Assembly: GCA_046719055.1 (NCBI GenBank) | Contig: JBDNDQ010000009.1 | Coordinates: 2,542-66,541, forward strand | Reading direction: 5' to 3' | DNA from: Aggregatilineales bacterium | GTDB taxonomy: Bacteria > Chloroflexota > Anaerolineae > Aggregatilineales > UBA2796 | DNA: 64,000 nt | The notes under the pieces: model-generated | Seen by the model: only the letters and a program-made list of their open reading frames with translations | Told to the model about the DNA's origin: nothing | The model's database searches: none | Translations under genes and position numbers: made by a program | Part shown: positions 37,229 to 47,688 of the stretch, in pieces | Layout: every line of letters begins with the position of its first letter | How positions within the stretch are numbered: the stretch's first letter is position 1

Positions 37229-39694
37229 GTGAGAACAACCTTGCGCTATTCCACTCGCAGACCGCGCCGCTTCGAATGGATCGTCATGTGGCGGCGCTTG
37301 CGCAACAGCCTGCGCATGCTTTTTACGCGCGGCGATTTTTCGGCGCTGATCATTGCGTGCGCCATCATGGTCTTGCCTGTTTTGTCCATGAGCCAGACGC
37401 TCAGCTTCGGGGCGGAGTTCGCCGTACAGAGCGGCAATTGGGCGGTCAGCCTAGACCAGATCGTGCCGGTAGTGATTCTCTCCGTCGTCTTTGGCTTCCT
37501 GCTGGCGCGAAGCCAATACTCAGAGCTGACTTCACTGATTCTGAGCGGCCTTTACAGTCTTGGCGCCGTGCTGGTAGTGCAATTTTTCGCAGCGAGCGGC
37601 GATGCGATCGAGCGCGTCTACGCGGTGGTGGCGCGCTTTGTCAGCACGTTGCAGGGCGGCTTCACGGAAAGCATCGGTTTCGATCCGTTCCTGCTGATTG
37701 TAGTGCTCTCAGTGCTGTTCTGGTTCTTAGGGCACAATGCAGCCTGGCACTTGTTCCGCCTGGACCGTGTTTGGCGCGCTATTTTGCCGCCAGGCATCGT
37801 GCTGGTGCTGAACAGCGTCTACAACACCGATCCGGGCAGCAACCAGGATGGCTACGTGATCCTGTTTATCTTCCTAGCGCTCCTTTTGCTGATCCGCTCA
37901 CACATCGACGCCCGCGAGTACGATTGGTATATCAGCCGTCTAGCCTTTCGCAGCTCCGTGCGGCGTTGGTTCTTCCGCTTAGGCAGCCTGGCAGGTGCAG
38001 CCGCACTACTGCTGGCTTGGGCGCTGCCAACAGGCAACGCACAGGAAAATGCACGGCGCTTGCGAGATTTCTTGAACGAAGAATCGCTGGCACGCCTGAT
38101 GGACATCGCCAATCGACTGTTTGGCTCGTTGGAGGGGCAAGGCCCAGTAACTGCCAACTACTTCGGCGGCGATCAACTGTGGCTGGGGGGCCCGATCAAC
38201 TTAGGCGATCAGATTGTGATGGCAGTGGATGCCCCGCCTGGCTTGCGCTACTACTGGAAATCTAGCACATTCGATACATATCAGGGCGGGCGCTGGACGA
38301 CAACTGCCAGCGCAGAACAGCAAGTCGGTGCGGGCGGCATTACATTGAGCCATTTCCCTGTGCAAGCGGGCACGCGTCGCGAGGTGACACAGCGCTTTGT
38401 GATCACAATGGGTGGCTCACGCTTAGTCTATGCGGCACCACAGCTCAAGAGCATCCGCCTGCCCGTCCGCGTTCAGCTCAATTTCATAGATCGGGGCAGC
38501 GGCCTATCCGATCCGCTGACGTTCTGGGCGGGCGAGCCGCTGCTGCGTGGCGCGCAGTACTCCGTCGTTTCGTCGGTCAGCGTCGCCAGCGCCGAGTTTC
38601 TACGCCAGACCAGCACACAGTATCCGTCATGGGTCACTAGCAAATACCTGCAGGTGCCGCCTGAGATCACGCAACGCACTCGCGAGCTTGCCCAGCAGAT
38701 TGTGCGCGCTGCCAATGCACAGACAGCCTATGACAAAACTAAAGCCATCGAGACGTGGCTGCGCCAGAACATCGCCTACAGCAATAGTCTTGGCAATCCG
38801 CCTGCTGGGCGCGACCCCGTAGACTGGATGCTCTTCGAGCGCCGTGAAGCTTACTGCACCTACTACGCCTCCGCCATGATCATGATGCTGCGCTCGCAAG
38901 GGGTGCCTGCGCGCATGGCAGCTGGCTTCTCACAGGGCGTTTACGACCCTGAAAATCAGTACTTTGTAGTGCGTGAGCGCGACGCACACACTTGGGTAGA
39001 AGTTTACTTCAACGGCGCCGGCTGGGTCGAGTTTGAGCCAACTGCCGCCCAAAGCGTGATCAACCGGACTGAGATCGAGCAGCTACCGCCCACACCTACA
39101 CCCGCACCGACTGCCACACCAACGCCCTTGCCTACACCGACGCCCACACCCACCCAGCCGAGCGGCAATGTAGCCGAGCCACTCCAACTGCCGCCGCTGC
39201 TAAGTGCTACACCCTCGCCGACGCCCAGCCCAACACCGACACCTACACCGACGTTGCGGCCACTCCTGCCGCTGGAGCTGCCGCCGCCTGTGACCGACTT
39301 CCTGAGCAATCTGCTGGTAGTTGCAATGCTCATCGCCCTGCTCTCTTTTGGCAGTGTGACAGCGCTTTGGTGGGCCGAGTATCGCGGTCTGGATCGGCTC
39401 AGCCCGATTGGGCGCGCTTACGCACGGCTGGAGCGCGCTGCGCAACGGCTCGGAGTGTCCCTCAAAGCCAGTGATACCGCATTGGAACGAGGTAAGCGTG
39501 CGGCGCGTGCGCTGCGTGAAGAAGGTCAGCCGATTATGACGATCACTGACGCCTACATCACGGAGCGCTACGCACCGCGCCCACCCGACATCGCTGAAGA
39601 AAAGCAGGTTGAATCGGCATGGCGGCGCGTGCGGCGCGCGCTGCTTGGACGTTGGCTGCGCGGCAAGGGCAAGGCAATCCCCACCGACGAGTGA
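37229..39694 (+). CDS. transglutaminase-like membrane protein (TgpA-like; alternative start ATG 37286)
   Basis: The N-terminus is a multi-TM region. The transglutaminase core is REAYCTYYASAMIMMLRSQGVPARMAAGF (Cys), RDAHTWVEVYF (His) and WVEFEPT. It is followed by a Pro/Thr linker, a TM segment and a C-terminal tail. 821 aa. Confidence 0.85.
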   Translation: MRTTLRYSTRRPRRFEWIVMWRRLRNSLRMLFTRGDFSALIIACAIMVLPVLSMSQTLSFGAEFAVQSGNWAVSLDQIVPVVILSVVFGFLLARSQYSELTSLILSGLYSLGAVLVVQFFAASGDAIERVYAVVARFVSTLQGGFTESIGFDPFLLIVVLSVLFWFLGHNAAWHLFRLDRVWRAILPPGIVLVLNSVYNTDPGSNQDGYVILFIFLALLLLIRSHIDAREYDWYISRLAFRSSVRRWFFRLGSLAGAAALLLAWALPTGNAQENARRLRDFLNEESLARLMDIANRLFGSLEGQGPVTANYFGGDQLWLGGPINLGDQIVMAVDAPPGLRYYWKSSTFDTYQGGRWTTTASAEQQVGAGGITLSHFPVQAGTRREVTQRFVITMGGSRLVYAAPQLKSIRLPVRVQLNFIDRGSGLSDPLTFWAGEPLLRGAQYSVVSSVSVASAEFLRQTSTQYPSWVTSKYLQVPPEITQRTRELAQQIVRAANAQTAYDKTKAIETWLRQNIAYSNSLGNPPAGRDPVDWMLFERREAYCTYYASAMIMMLRSQGVPARMAAGFSQGVYDPENQYFVVRERDAHTWVEVYFNGAGWVEFEPTAAQSVINRTEIEQLPPTPTPAPTATPTPLPTPTPTPTQPSGNVAEPLQLPPLLSATPSPTPSPTPTPTPTLRPLLPLELPPPVTDFLSNLLVVAMLIALLSFGSVTALWWAEYRGLDRLSPIGRAYARLERAAQRLGVSLKASDTALERGKRAARALREEGQPIMTITDAYITERYAPRPPDIAEEKQVESAWRRVRRALLGRWLRGKGKAIPTDE
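39086..39255 (+). repeat. coding Pro/Thr-rich low-complexity repeat within the transglutaminase gene (approximate bounds)
   Basis: It encodes PPTPTPAPTATPTPLPTPTPTPTQP...ATPSPTPSPTPTPTPT. The antisense frame gives the spurious ORF 39004..39333. Confidence 0.8.
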
Positions 39695-39696
39695 TA

Positions 39697-40383
39697 TCAG
39701 GTGTGCTTGGGCAATGCCGCCACAAACATCGCTGTGATAGCTGTAGGATTGGTGATAGCCGTACCGATCACAACGGCATAGGCGCCTGCCTCGAAAGCGG
39801 CGCGCACATCGTCGGGCGTGGTGAGCCGCCCCTCGCAGATGACGGGCACGCGCAAGCGCGCCGACAGTTCACGTACAAGCGCTAGGTCAGCGCCAGCCGT
39901 GCGCTCACGCCGCTCTGTGTAGCCCGCCAAAGTTGTGGCGATCATATCGGCGTTGGCTGCCTCAGCCGCCAGCGCTTCTTCTACTGTGTCGATATCCGCC
40001 ATGACTAGGACGCCCAACTCCTCACGGATGCGCTTGATCAAACGCTCAGGCGCCTCGCCGCCCTGCCGTGGACGATGTGTGGCGTCTAGCCCCACAATTT
40101 CGGCCCCAGCGCGCACCACTTGCCGTGCTGAGGCAAACGTCGGCGTGATATAGACGGAATAGCGCGGATCGCGCCGCTTGTTGATACCGATGATCGGCAG
40201 GCGTACAGCCTGACGCACAGCGCGCACATCCTGTGCGCCGTTAGCACGGATCGCTACGGCGCCGCCTAGCTCGGCGCAGCGGGCAAAAGCAGCCATAAAG
40301 CGCGCTCCGTAAACGGGACTGTGTGGCTGCGCCTGACATGAGACGATCAAGCCGCCTTGCAATGCTTTCAGGGTCGGGTGCAT
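39697..40383 (-). CDS. nanE: N-acetylmannosamine-6-phosphate 2-epimerase
   Basis: It is collinear with E. coli NanE as I recall it: GGLIVSCQA, GGAVAIRANG, LPIIGINKR, GAEIVGLDAT.RPRP-like, ATTLAGYT, PVICEGR and AVVIGTAIT. 228 aa. Confidence 0.9.
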   Translation of the reverse strand: MHPTLKALQGGLIVSCQAQPHSPVYGARFMAAFARCAELGGAVAIRANGAQDVRAVRQAVRLPIIGINKRRDPRYSVYITPTFASARQVVRAGAEIVGLDATHRPRQGGEAPERLIKRIREELGVLVMADIDTVEEALAAEAANADMIATTLAGYTERRERTAGADLALVRELSARLRVPVICEGRLTTPDDVRAAFEAGAYAVVIGTAITNPTAITAMFVAALPKHT

Positions 40384-40522
40384 GTGAGTAAGTCCTGGTT
40401 GGCTACATGTTCACCTCACAAACTTACAAGGAGGCTGCTAAAAGTCAAGTTATTTGGCACGGGCTGAGCTTTATGCTAAGTTTTGTGAAGGAATGCACAA
40501 ATATCAGACAGAGGAGGTCACT

Positions 40523-41041
40523 ATGGAGCGTGCAGCGCAGCTCTTCAAGACCGTTGATGTGAGAATCACACGTTGGATGGCGCGATACAGCGTACCGATC
40601 TTGCGGATTGGGCTGGGAATTGTGTTTCTGTGGTTCGGCGTGCTGAAATTCTTCCCGAACCTCAGCCCTGCCGAAGAACTGGCGACTCGGACGATTGAGA
40701 CGCTGACTTTCGGGATCGTGCAGCCACAGCTTGCCCTGCCGATGCTAGCCACGCTTGAGACGCTGATCGGGCTGGGCTTGCTGACGGGCAAGTTCATGCG
40801 CATCACGCTGCTTTTGCTGCTTTTCCAGATGCTTGGCACAGTCACGCCGTTGTTCCTATTCCCAGCCGAGACGTTCACACAATTCCCTTACGCGCCGACG
40901 CTGGAAGGGCAGTACATCATCAAGAACATCGTGCTGGTGGCGGCCGGCTTGGTCATTGGCGCAACTGTGCGCGGCGGAGCTATCATCGCCGATCCTGAAG
41001 CCGTTAAGCGCGCCGAGTTACGTGAAGTTGCGGCGGACTGA
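40523..41041 (+). CDS. DoxX/DUF417-like small membrane protein
   Basis: GAGGAGG lies 5 nt upstream of ATG 40523. There are four hydrophobic helices, and ILRIGLGIVFLWFGVLKFFP is typical of the DoxX/YkgB-type families. Confidence 0.6.
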   Translation: MERAAQLFKTVDVRITRWMARYSVPILRIGLGIVFLWFGVLKFFPNLSPAEELATRTIETLTFGIVQPQLALPMLATLETLIGLGLLTGKFMRITLLLLLFQMLGTVTPLFLFPAETFTQFPYAPTLEGQYIIKNIVLVAAGLVIGATVRGGAIIADPEAVKRAELREVAAD

Positions 41042-41046
41042 ACCGT

Positions 41047-41075
41047 ACAGGGTGAGCGCACATGGCTCACCCTGT
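41047..41075. terminator. perfect 11-bp hairpin between convergent genes (candidate bidirectional terminator, no U-tract)
   Basis: The hairpin is ACAGGGTGAGC-GCACATG-GCTCACCCTGT. Confidence 0.45.
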
Positions 41076-41112
41076 TCAGCTACGTAGTTTAACCCAGAAG
41101 CGTGCCCCAGCC

Positions 41113-42057
41113 TCACATAGCAGGGATGAAGCGGAAGCCCTGGCCCTCAGCTACGATGAAGCCTGTGCCTGGGAACGGGAAATGATAGGCGAAGATGCGC
41201 ACACCATTCCTGGCTGCCTCGCCGAAGATGCGGCGGCGCGTTTCAGAGGCTAGTTCGCCGTTGACGTCAAAGTTTGCCTGCCAATCCGGGCGCGCCAGCG
41301 AGACTACACTATTCAGCGCTGTATCCCCGACGTGAAGCATCTGCTGACCTTCAGATTCAAAGCGGAAGGCTGTGTGACCAGGCGTGTGGCCGTAGGCTGC
41401 GATTGTCGTCACGCCTTCAAGGATTTGTGCGTCAGCGCTGTAGAACTTGAGCTTATCGCCCGCCGCCTCGAAGATAGCTTTGTTGGCGCTAGCGACGCCC
41501 GCCAAAGGCGAATCAGCTGGCAGGCTGTTCACAAAGTCAAACTCGACTTGCGAGTAGTGGTAGGTGGCGTTCGGGAAAGTGAGCGCGCCGTCGGTCAGAG
41601 CGCCGCCGACATGATCAGGGTGTAGGTGCGAGAGGACGACGTCGGTCACCGCATCGCGCTGGATGCCCAGCAGATCCAGCGTCGCTACCAACGCACCGCC
41701 TGCCCCAAGGCCGAAGCCCGTGTCAAACACGGCAATTTTGTCGCCGTTTCGCATTAGCAGCACGTTGAAGGTCGTCGTGATAGGTGCAGGGAAGTTGTTA
41801 GCTTTCAGCACATCGGCGATGCCACCTTCAGGTGCGTTGCGCCCCAGAACGGCAGGGTCTTGCTGGCGCACTGCATCACGGATGACCGTCAGCTGCATCG
41901 CGCCGAGCGTAAAGCGGAAGAAGGCGATGGGCAGGGCGGCAGGCGCACCTTGCGCGCGCGCAGCTTGCGGCGTAAAGGCAATCTTGCCCACAAAGGTGGC
42001 ACCTAGCGCTCCTACGCCGAGCAGCCTGAGCATATCGCGTCGTGAAAGATTTTCCAT
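41113..42057 (-). CDS. Tat-exported metallo-beta-lactamase-fold hydrolase
   Basis: Twin-arginine signal MENLSRRDMLRLLGVGALGA...AARAQG. The zinc motif is SHLHPDHVGG (H.H.DH), with downstream GHTPGH and D...H ligands. The start at ATG 42057 was chosen to fit the Tat signal; the ORF-track start is 42087. Confidence 0.85.
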   Translation of the reverse strand: MENLSRRDMLRLLGVGALGATFVGKIAFTPQAARAQGAPAALPIAFFRFTLGAMQLTVIRDAVRQQDPAVLGRNAPEGGIADVLKANNFPAPITTTFNVLLMRNGDKIAVFDTGFGLGAGGALVATLDLLGIQRDAVTDVVLSHLHPDHVGGALTDGALTFPNATYHYSQVEFDFVNSLPADSPLAGVASANKAIFEAAGDKLKFYSADAQILEGVTTIAAYGHTPGHTAFRFESEGQQMLHVGDTALNSVVSLARPDWQANFDVNGELASETRRRIFGEAARNGVRIFAYHFPFPGTGFIVAEGQGFRFIPAM

Positions 42058-42250
42058 CCTCAAAAGCCTTTCTACAAGATAGGTCAAGGTATGCTGGATT
42101 CTAGCAGCGCGTTTCTTCCGAGCACTTTAGCAGATCGTGACACTTCGATAAGTGGGATCTTAAGCCAACTGCTCAGCCAGCTCTCTGAGCGATTTTGCCA
42201 GTTCACGCAAGCTGTCTGAGAGATTTTGAGAGTCTGCGACCACTATACTT

Positions 42251-42266
42251 TGTGACACAGCTCACA
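42251..42266. promoter_or_regulatory. perfect TGTGA-N6-TCACA palindrome (CRP/FNR-type operator-like) just after a TATACT -10-like box
   Basis: TATACT sits at 42244-42249 and TGTGAcacagcTCACA at 42251-42266. A further TGTGATCA lies at 42271-42278. GGAG and ATG 42305 of the first DUF35-like gene follow. Confidence 0.35.
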
Positions 42267-42304
42267 AGTATGTGATCATAAAAAAGCCGATCGGAGTGAG
42301 AACC

Positions 42305-42499
42305 ATGCACATTGCACAGAATTGGCGTCTAAAAGCGCAGCGCTACGCGCTGAAGGCTATCCGCTGCGAAGCCTGCCAGACCGTTTACTTTCCGCCGCGC
42401 GCAGTTTGCCCTACCTGCCGCGAACGCGCTGCTGAGGCACGTCAGGCAGTGCCTGTAGCGGTGAAAGTGGGTGCACAGGCAGTGCGCGCCTCGCGCTAG
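42305..42499 (+). CDS. truncated DUF35-like paralog: rubredoxin-type zinc ribbon only (64 aa)
   Basis: MHIAQNWRLKAQRYALKAIRCEACQTVYFPPRAVCPTC aligns residue for residue with the N-terminus of the next gene, but the OB-fold part is missing. GGAG lies 8 nt upstream of ATG 42305. Confidence 0.5.
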   Translation: MHIAQNWRLKAQRYALKAIRCEACQTVYFPPRAVCPTCRERAAEARQAVPVAVKVGAQAVRASR

Positions 42500-42509
42500 G
42501 ATGGCAGCT

Positions 42510-42908
42510 ATGCATATCTCTCAGAATTGGCGCGTCAAGACACAGCGCTACGAGCTAATTGGTGAAAAATGCCCATCATGCGGCAAGTTCATCTTCCCAC
42601 CGCGTGATATCTGTCCAGAGTGCGCTGCCGAGGCGAAGACTGAGTACACGCTCAGTGGTAAGGGTGTGGTATTCAGCTACACAGTGGTGCAAGAGCCGCC
42701 AGCTGGTTTTGAGGAGCAGGCGCCTTATGTCCTAGCGCTGGTCAAGCTGGATGAGGGGCCGCTAGTTACGGCGCAGCTGACCGATCTGGATGGCGCGCCG
42801 GAGATCGGGATGCGCGTAGAGATGGTGACCCGCAAGCTCCGCGCCGACGGCCCTGACGGTGTACTGCTCTACGGCTATAAGTTCCGCCCCAGCCTCCCTC
42901 TCGGCTGA
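42510..42908 (+). CDS. DUF35 family protein (zinc ribbon + OB fold)
   Basis: MHISQNWRVKTQRYELIGEKCPSCGKFIFPPRDICPEC is followed by an OB-fold-like segment GKGVVFSYTVV...PYVLALVKLDEGPLVTAQL...IGMRVEMV. AGGA lies 8 nt upstream of ATG 42510. Confidence 0.8.
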   Translation: MHISQNWRVKTQRYELIGEKCPSCGKFIFPPRDICPECAAEAKTEYTLSGKGVVFSYTVVQEPPAGFEEQAPYVLALVKLDEGPLVTAQLTDLDGAPEIGMRVEMVTRKLRADGPDGVLLYGYKFRPSLPLG

Positions 42909-42930
42909 GCAGCGGTTACCTTGAGAAAGC

Positions 42931-42963
42931 AAGAGCGCGCGAGAGCTCTCGCGCGCTCTTTTT
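42931..42963. terminator. 30-nt perfect palindrome + T-run; terminator between convergent DUF35 gene and rpoC
   Basis: AAGAGCGCGCGAGAGCTCTCGCGCGCTCTT is followed by TTT on the + strand. On the minus strand it is followed by GCTTTCTC. Confidence 0.75.
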
Positions 42964-42979
42964 ACGTCACCGCCCGATC

Positions 42980-45900
42980 TTAAAGACCGCCTGTATCACC
43001 GTCATCGCTAAGACACGTCCCATCTTGGATCAGGTCGTAGTCCACTTCAGCCTCACGATCTAGCGCGCCTTGCGCTTCTAAGGTCACGCTGGGCGCTACC
43101 AGCTCGCGGTCACGATAAGTGTGGAAGCCCGTGCCGGCTGGGATCAGCTTGCCGATGATTACATTCTCCTTCAAGCCGTAGAGCCGATCTTCCTTGCCCT
43201 CGATAGCCGCGCCTGCCAGCACCTTGATGGTATGCTGGAAGCTAGAGGCCGAGAGGAAGCTATCCGTGCTGAGCGCCGCTTTGGTAATGCCCAACAGCAC
43301 CGGTACGCCTTGTGCCGGCTCTTTGCCCGCCTTAATCAGCTCATCATTTAGAGCGAGCAGCTGCAGATGATCGACCAGCTCACCTGGCAGCAGATCGCTA
43401 CCGCCACTCTTGGTGATCTGCACCTTCGAGAGCATCTTGCGGATGATAATCTCAAAGTGCTTGTCGGCGATGTTCACACCTTGATTGCGGTAGACATCCT
43501 GCACCTCAGAGAGCAAATACATCTCGCAAGCTTCCTTGCCTTGAATGCGCAGGATGCGATGCGGGTTTTTCGAGCCCTCGGTCAGCTGCTGCCCAGCGTA
43601 GACTTCCATACCATCGTAGATGCCGTTCATCAAGCGCGCCGTGCTGGGAATCTCCTGATCCGAGACTTCCTTGCGCTCGTAGCGCAGGTAGAGCGTCCGT
43701 CCATCCCGATGAATGGTGCCGCTGAACTTGGCAGTCAGCGTCTCGACCTCATTGCCCGCCTCATCCAAGCGGCGCGCCAGCACTTCGCCCTCTCGCACGG
43801 CTTGTTCGTCGGTGACGACGATCTCCCAGTCAGAGGGGATGTTGTACTCATCACGGAAGACTTGCGATTGAATAACGCGGGCAATGCGCACCCCATCCTG
43901 CTTGATCAGCCGCAGTGTACCCGCGATATCAGCCATGACAGCTTCGCCCTTCGGCTTCTTGCGCGCCTCGAAGAGCTCTTCTACGCGTGGCAGACCGCTG
44001 GTGATATCGCCAGAGGCTTGCGCTGCGCCGCCCGTGTGGAATGTGCGCAGAGTCAGCTGAGTGCCTGGCTCGCCAATCGACTGCGCTGCCACAATGCCAA
44101 CTGCCGCGCCAATCTCGACCAGCTCGCCGCGCCCAAGATCGCGCCCGTAGCAATAGGCGCAGATGCCATGAATCAGCGCACAGGTCAGTGGGCTGCGCAC
44201 GTAGAACTCTTCCAAGCCGCTGGCAACCAACTCCTCAGCCTTATCTTCATCGATCATGCCGTTGCGTTCGATAATCAGCTCACCCGTCTTGGGATGGTAG
44301 TGTGAGCGTGCCGCACAGCGCCCAACGATGCGCTCTTGCACCTTCTGTCCAGCCACATTATCGCTCTTGCGGATAGTGATGCCGCGCTCGGTGCCGCAAT
44401 CCATGCGGTTGACGATCACATCCTGTGCCACATCTACCAGACGGCGCGTCAGGTAGCCGGCATCGGCTGTACGCAGGGCTGTATCTGCTAGACCTTTGCG
44501 CGTGCCGTGTGTGCTGATGAAATATTCTAGTGCCGTCAGGCCCATGCGGAAGTGGCTGCGGATGGGCAGCTCGATGATGCGCCCGCTCGGGTCGGTCATC
44601 AGGCCGCGCATGCCCGCCAGCTGTGTGATCGGGCCGAAGCCGCCCTTGGTGGCGCCGCTGATCGCCATGATCGCAATATTACCGAAGGGATCGAGGGTTT
44701 CACGGATCATATCGCCCAAGCGATCTTTGGCTTCCTTCCACTTATCGACTGTACGTTGGTAGCGCTCCTCTTCAGTGAGCATGCCGCGGCGGAAGTCGCG
44801 GTCGAGCATGTCGATCTCGGCGTTTGCTTCGCGCAGAACCTCTTCGCGTTCTGCTGGCACAGTCAGGTCGCTCACAGCGATGGTTGTGCCGCTGATCGTG
44901 GCGTAGTGGAACCCAATGTCCTTGATAGCGTCTACGATATCAGTTGTGCGATCAGGCCCAAAGCGCTGGTAGAGCTTGGCGACCAAGTCCTGCAGCTGCT
45001 TTTTGCCAAGCGTATCCTGGACGAAGCGCGCTTCATCAGGCAGGATGCGGTTGAACAGCGCGCGGCCGACCGTGGTCAGCTCAGGTCTTGGTTGCGGTTC
45101 GCGGTTATCGTAGATGTTGCCGAGGATGATCGGCGTATGCAGCGTGACTAAGCCAAGATTGTAGAGGTACTCCACCTCATCCATATCCACGACCTTACGC
45201 CGATCCGCCAAATTAGCCAGCACAAGTGCTTCAGCGAATTCTGGGCGCTTCCTACACAGCTGCTGGAACTCATAGCCGTTGATCAGCCCAAAGTCCACTT
45301 CGCCGTTCATAACGGCGTTCAGCAGCACAATCTCGGCGGGCATCGCCTTGCCGACTTTTTGCCCTTGCTCGTTAACGGGGGGCTCGGCGGGCGTGAAGAC
45401 GATCACCTCGTTGCCTTCGTAGAGCTCGTGCTGCATCAGCCAGTGCTGACCGCTGCTGTTGCGGGCTACGCCAATCCTGTAGCCGCGATTCTTAGTCTCT
45501 GCTTGGTGGCGGAACTCAGCGGCGCGCTCTTTGCGTGCCACGATGTCCGCTGTTGGATCCATCGTCAGATAGTAGGCGCCCAGCACCATATCTTTCGCCG
45601 GGCCGACGATAGGCTGACCATCGGCAGGCTTGAGCAAGTTCTTGGTTGAGAGCATCAAGTTGCGCGCTTCTTCAACAGCGCGCCGCGAGAGCGGCACATG
45701 TACTGCCATCTGGTCGCCGTCGAAGTCGGCATTGAAAGCCGAGCAGACCAGCGGATGAATCTGGATCGCCTTGCCTTCCACTAGCTGCGGCTCAAAGGCT
45801 TGGATGCCCAGGCGATGCAGCGTTGGCGCACGGTTGAGCAGGACTGGCCGCTCCTTAATGACCTCTTCAAGCGCCTCCCAGACCTCAGGGCGCTCTTTTT

Positions 45901-47605
45901 CCATCAGCTTCTTGGCGCCCTTGACGTTGCTAGCGTGGCTGTATTTCACCAGACGGCTGATCACAAACGGGCGGTAGAGCTCTAATGCCATCGTCTTAGG
46001 CAGGCCGCACTGATGCAACTTGAGCTTCGGGCCGATCACAATGACCGAACGGCCAGAGTAGTCCACGCGCTTGCCCAGCAAATTGCGGCGGAAGCGCCCC
46101 TTCTTGCCCTTGAGCATATCCGAGAGCGACTTGAGCTCGCGCCGACCGCGCCGCGAGAGCGCTTTGCTGCGCTGGCTGTTGTCGATCAGGCTATCCACAG
46201 CCTCTTGTAACATGCGCTTCTCGTTGCGCACGATGACATCCGGCGCGCCAAGCTCGATCAGGCGCTTGAGGCGGTTATTGCGGTTGATCACGCGTCGATA
46301 CAGGTCGTTGAGGTCACTAGTGGCAAAGCGGCCGCCATCCAGCTGCACCATCGGGCGCAAATCGGGCGGGATGACGGGCAATACCTTCAAGATCATCCAC
46401 TCGGGGCGATTGCCACTCTTGCGCAAGCTCTCGATGACGCGTAGACGCTTGGTAGCCTTCTTCTTGCGCTGCTTGGAGCGCGTTGTGCGCACCTCTTCCC
46501 ACAATTCCTTCGAGAGTTTGTCCAAGTCCATCCGCTCGAGGATTTGGTAGAAAGCCTCAGCGCCCATCTCGGCACGGAAAATGTTGCCATAGCGCCGCTT
46601 CAGCTCGGCATAGCGGGCGTCGGAGAGAAAGGTCAGCACTTGGAGGCTCTGCAGCTCTTGGCGAGCTTCCATCGCCATTGCGCGCGCCTTGCTCAGGCGC
46701 AGACGGCGTTCATCCTGCAGCACGTCAATTTCTTCGGCGGCGGCAGCTGTACGGGCGTCGGCTAGCACATCAAGCCGATTGATCTCTTGGCGGCGATGCT
46801 CTTCGATCTCTGCTTGAATTTCGTTCAAGCGGGCTGTGGCGACCGCCTGAATGCGGCTGAATAGCTCGTTACTGACAATTTCGCCCGCATCGGCGATCAG
46901 TTCTCCGGCGCTCTCGAAGAGCAAAGGCTCACTCAGGACTTGCCCACGCTGTGCCTCGACGCGGCGCTGCAGACTTTGCGCCTCGCGCATCACCTCATCG
47001 GTCAGACGGTCTCGCTCTTCGTTGAAGCGATCGTTGATGGCATCGATTTGAGCTTGCAGCTCGTTCAAGTCCACATCGCGCGACTCTTTGATGCGCTCGA
47101 TCTGCAAGTCCAGCTCGCTGCCTGCTTCGCTCTCTTGGCGGGCAATTTCCTCGTCGATGCGGCGCAATGCCCTGTCGCGCGCCTCTTCATCAACATAGGT
47201 GATAGCGTACTGCGCAAAGTACAGCACACGATCGAGGTTGCGGCGGCTGACGTCTAGCAGTATGCCCATGTAGCTTGGCACACGCCGCGTGTACCACACG
47301 TGCGCCACTGGCGCCGCCAGCGTGATGTGCCCCATCCGCTCCCGGCGGACTGCCGCACGCGTCACTTCAACGCCGCACTTATCGCACTTGATGCCTTTGT
47401 GCCGAATATTCTTGTACTTGCCACAATAGCACTGCCAATCTTTGGTTGGACCAAAGATTGCCTCACAGAACAGCCCGTCTTTTTCAGGGCGCAAGCGGCG
47501 GTAGTTGATCGTCTCCGGTTTGAGGACTTCGCCATACGACCATGACTCAATGTCTTTCGGTGAAGCCAAGCTGACACGCAGTGCGCTGAAATCTTTCGCC
47601 TCCAA
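42980..47605 (-). CDS. rpoC: DNA-directed RNA polymerase subunit beta' (1541 aa)
   Basis: Zn-binding CYCGKYK...CDKCG, catalytic [19 protein letters not shown] and bridge-helix/trigger-loop regions are recognisable. The TTG start at 47605 is preceded by AGAGGAGGA with a 6-nt spacer. A coiled-coil insertion spans roughly aa 140-325. Confidence 0.98.
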   Translation of the reverse strand: MEAKDFSALRVSLASPKDIESWSYGEVLKPETINYRRLRPEKDGLFCEAIFGPTKDWQCYCGKYKNIRHKGIKCDKCGVEVTRAAVRRERMGHITLAAPVAHVWYTRRVPSYMGILLDVSRRNLDRVLYFAQYAITYVDEEARDRALRRIDEEIARQESEAGSELDLQIERIKESRDVDLNELQAQIDAINDRFNEERDRLTDEVMREAQSLQRRVEAQRGQVLSEPLLFESAGELIADAGEIVSNELFSRIQAVATARLNEIQAEIEEHRRQEINRLDVLADARTAAAAEEIDVLQDERRLRLSKARAMAMEARQELQSLQVLTFLSDARYAELKRRYGNIFRAEMGAEAFYQILERMDLDKLSKELWEEVRTTRSKQRKKKATKRLRVIESLRKSGNRPEWMILKVLPVIPPDLRPMVQLDGGRFATSDLNDLYRRVINRNNRLKRLIELGAPDVIVRNEKRMLQEAVDSLIDNSQRSKALSRRGRRELKSLSDMLKGKKGRFRRNLLGKRVDYSGRSVIVIGPKLKLHQCGLPKTMALELYRPFVISRLVKYSHASNVKGAKKLMEKERPEVWEALEEVIKERPVLLNRAPTLHRLGIQAFEPQLVEGKAIQIHPLVCSAFNADFDGDQMAVHVPLSRRAVEEARNLMLSTKNLLKPADGQPIVGPAKDMVLGAYYLTMDPTADIVARKERAAEFRHQAETKNRGYRIGVARNSSGQHWLMQHELYEGNEVIVFTPAEPPVNEQGQKVGKAMPAEIVLLNAVMNGEVDFGLINGYEFQQLCRKRPEFAEALVLANLADRRKVVDMDEVEYLYNLGLVTLHTPIILGNIYDNREPQPRPELTTVGRALFNRILPDEARFVQDTLGKKQLQDLVAKLYQRFGPDRTTDIVDAIKDIGFHYATISGTTIAVSDLTVPAEREEVLREANAEIDMLDRDFRRGMLTEEERYQRTVDKWKEAKDRLGDMIRETLDPFGNIAIMAISGATKGGFGPITQLAGMRGLMTDPSGRIIELPIRSHFRMGLTALEYFISTHGTRKGLADTALRTADAGYLTRRLVDVAQDVIVNRMDCGTERGITIRKSDNVAGQKVQERIVGRCAARSHYHPKTGELIIERNGMIDEDKAEELVASGLEEFYVRSPLTCALIHGICAYCYGRDLGRGELVEIGAAVGIVAAQSIGEPGTQLTLRTFHTGGAAQASGDITSGLPRVEELFEARKKPKGEAVMADIAGTLRLIKQDGVRIARVIQSQVFRDEYNIPSDWEIVVTDEQAVREGEVLARRLDEAGNEVETLTAKFSGTIHRDGRTLYLRYERKEVSDQEIPSTARLMNGIYDGMEVYAGQQLTEGSKNPHRILRIQGKEACEMYLLSEVQDVYRNQGVNIADKHFEIIIRKMLSKVQITKSGGSDLLPGELVDHLQLLALNDELIKAGKEPAQGVPVLLGITKAALSTDSFLSASSFQHTIKVLAGAAIEGKEDRLYGLKENVIIGKLIPAGTGFHTYRDRELVAPSVTLEAQGALDREAEVDYDLIQDGTCLSDDGDTGGL

Positions 47606-47688
47606 GGCTTTTCCTCCTCTGCGCTAACGATCCAAACTAGCGATGGCTTGAGACGGTTTCCGAGAGGTGTACAACAGCCTCTCTCAGC

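Noticed and set aside
37276-38265. The 329-aa + strand ORF.
   Set aside because: It is out of frame with, and fully inside, the transglutaminase-like gene. Its Arg/Ala/Pro-rich translation lacks the TM pattern that the main frame shows.
43367-45151. Long + strand ORFs (312 aa, 199 aa and others) inside rpoC.
   Set aside because: They are antisense to the unambiguous beta' gene.
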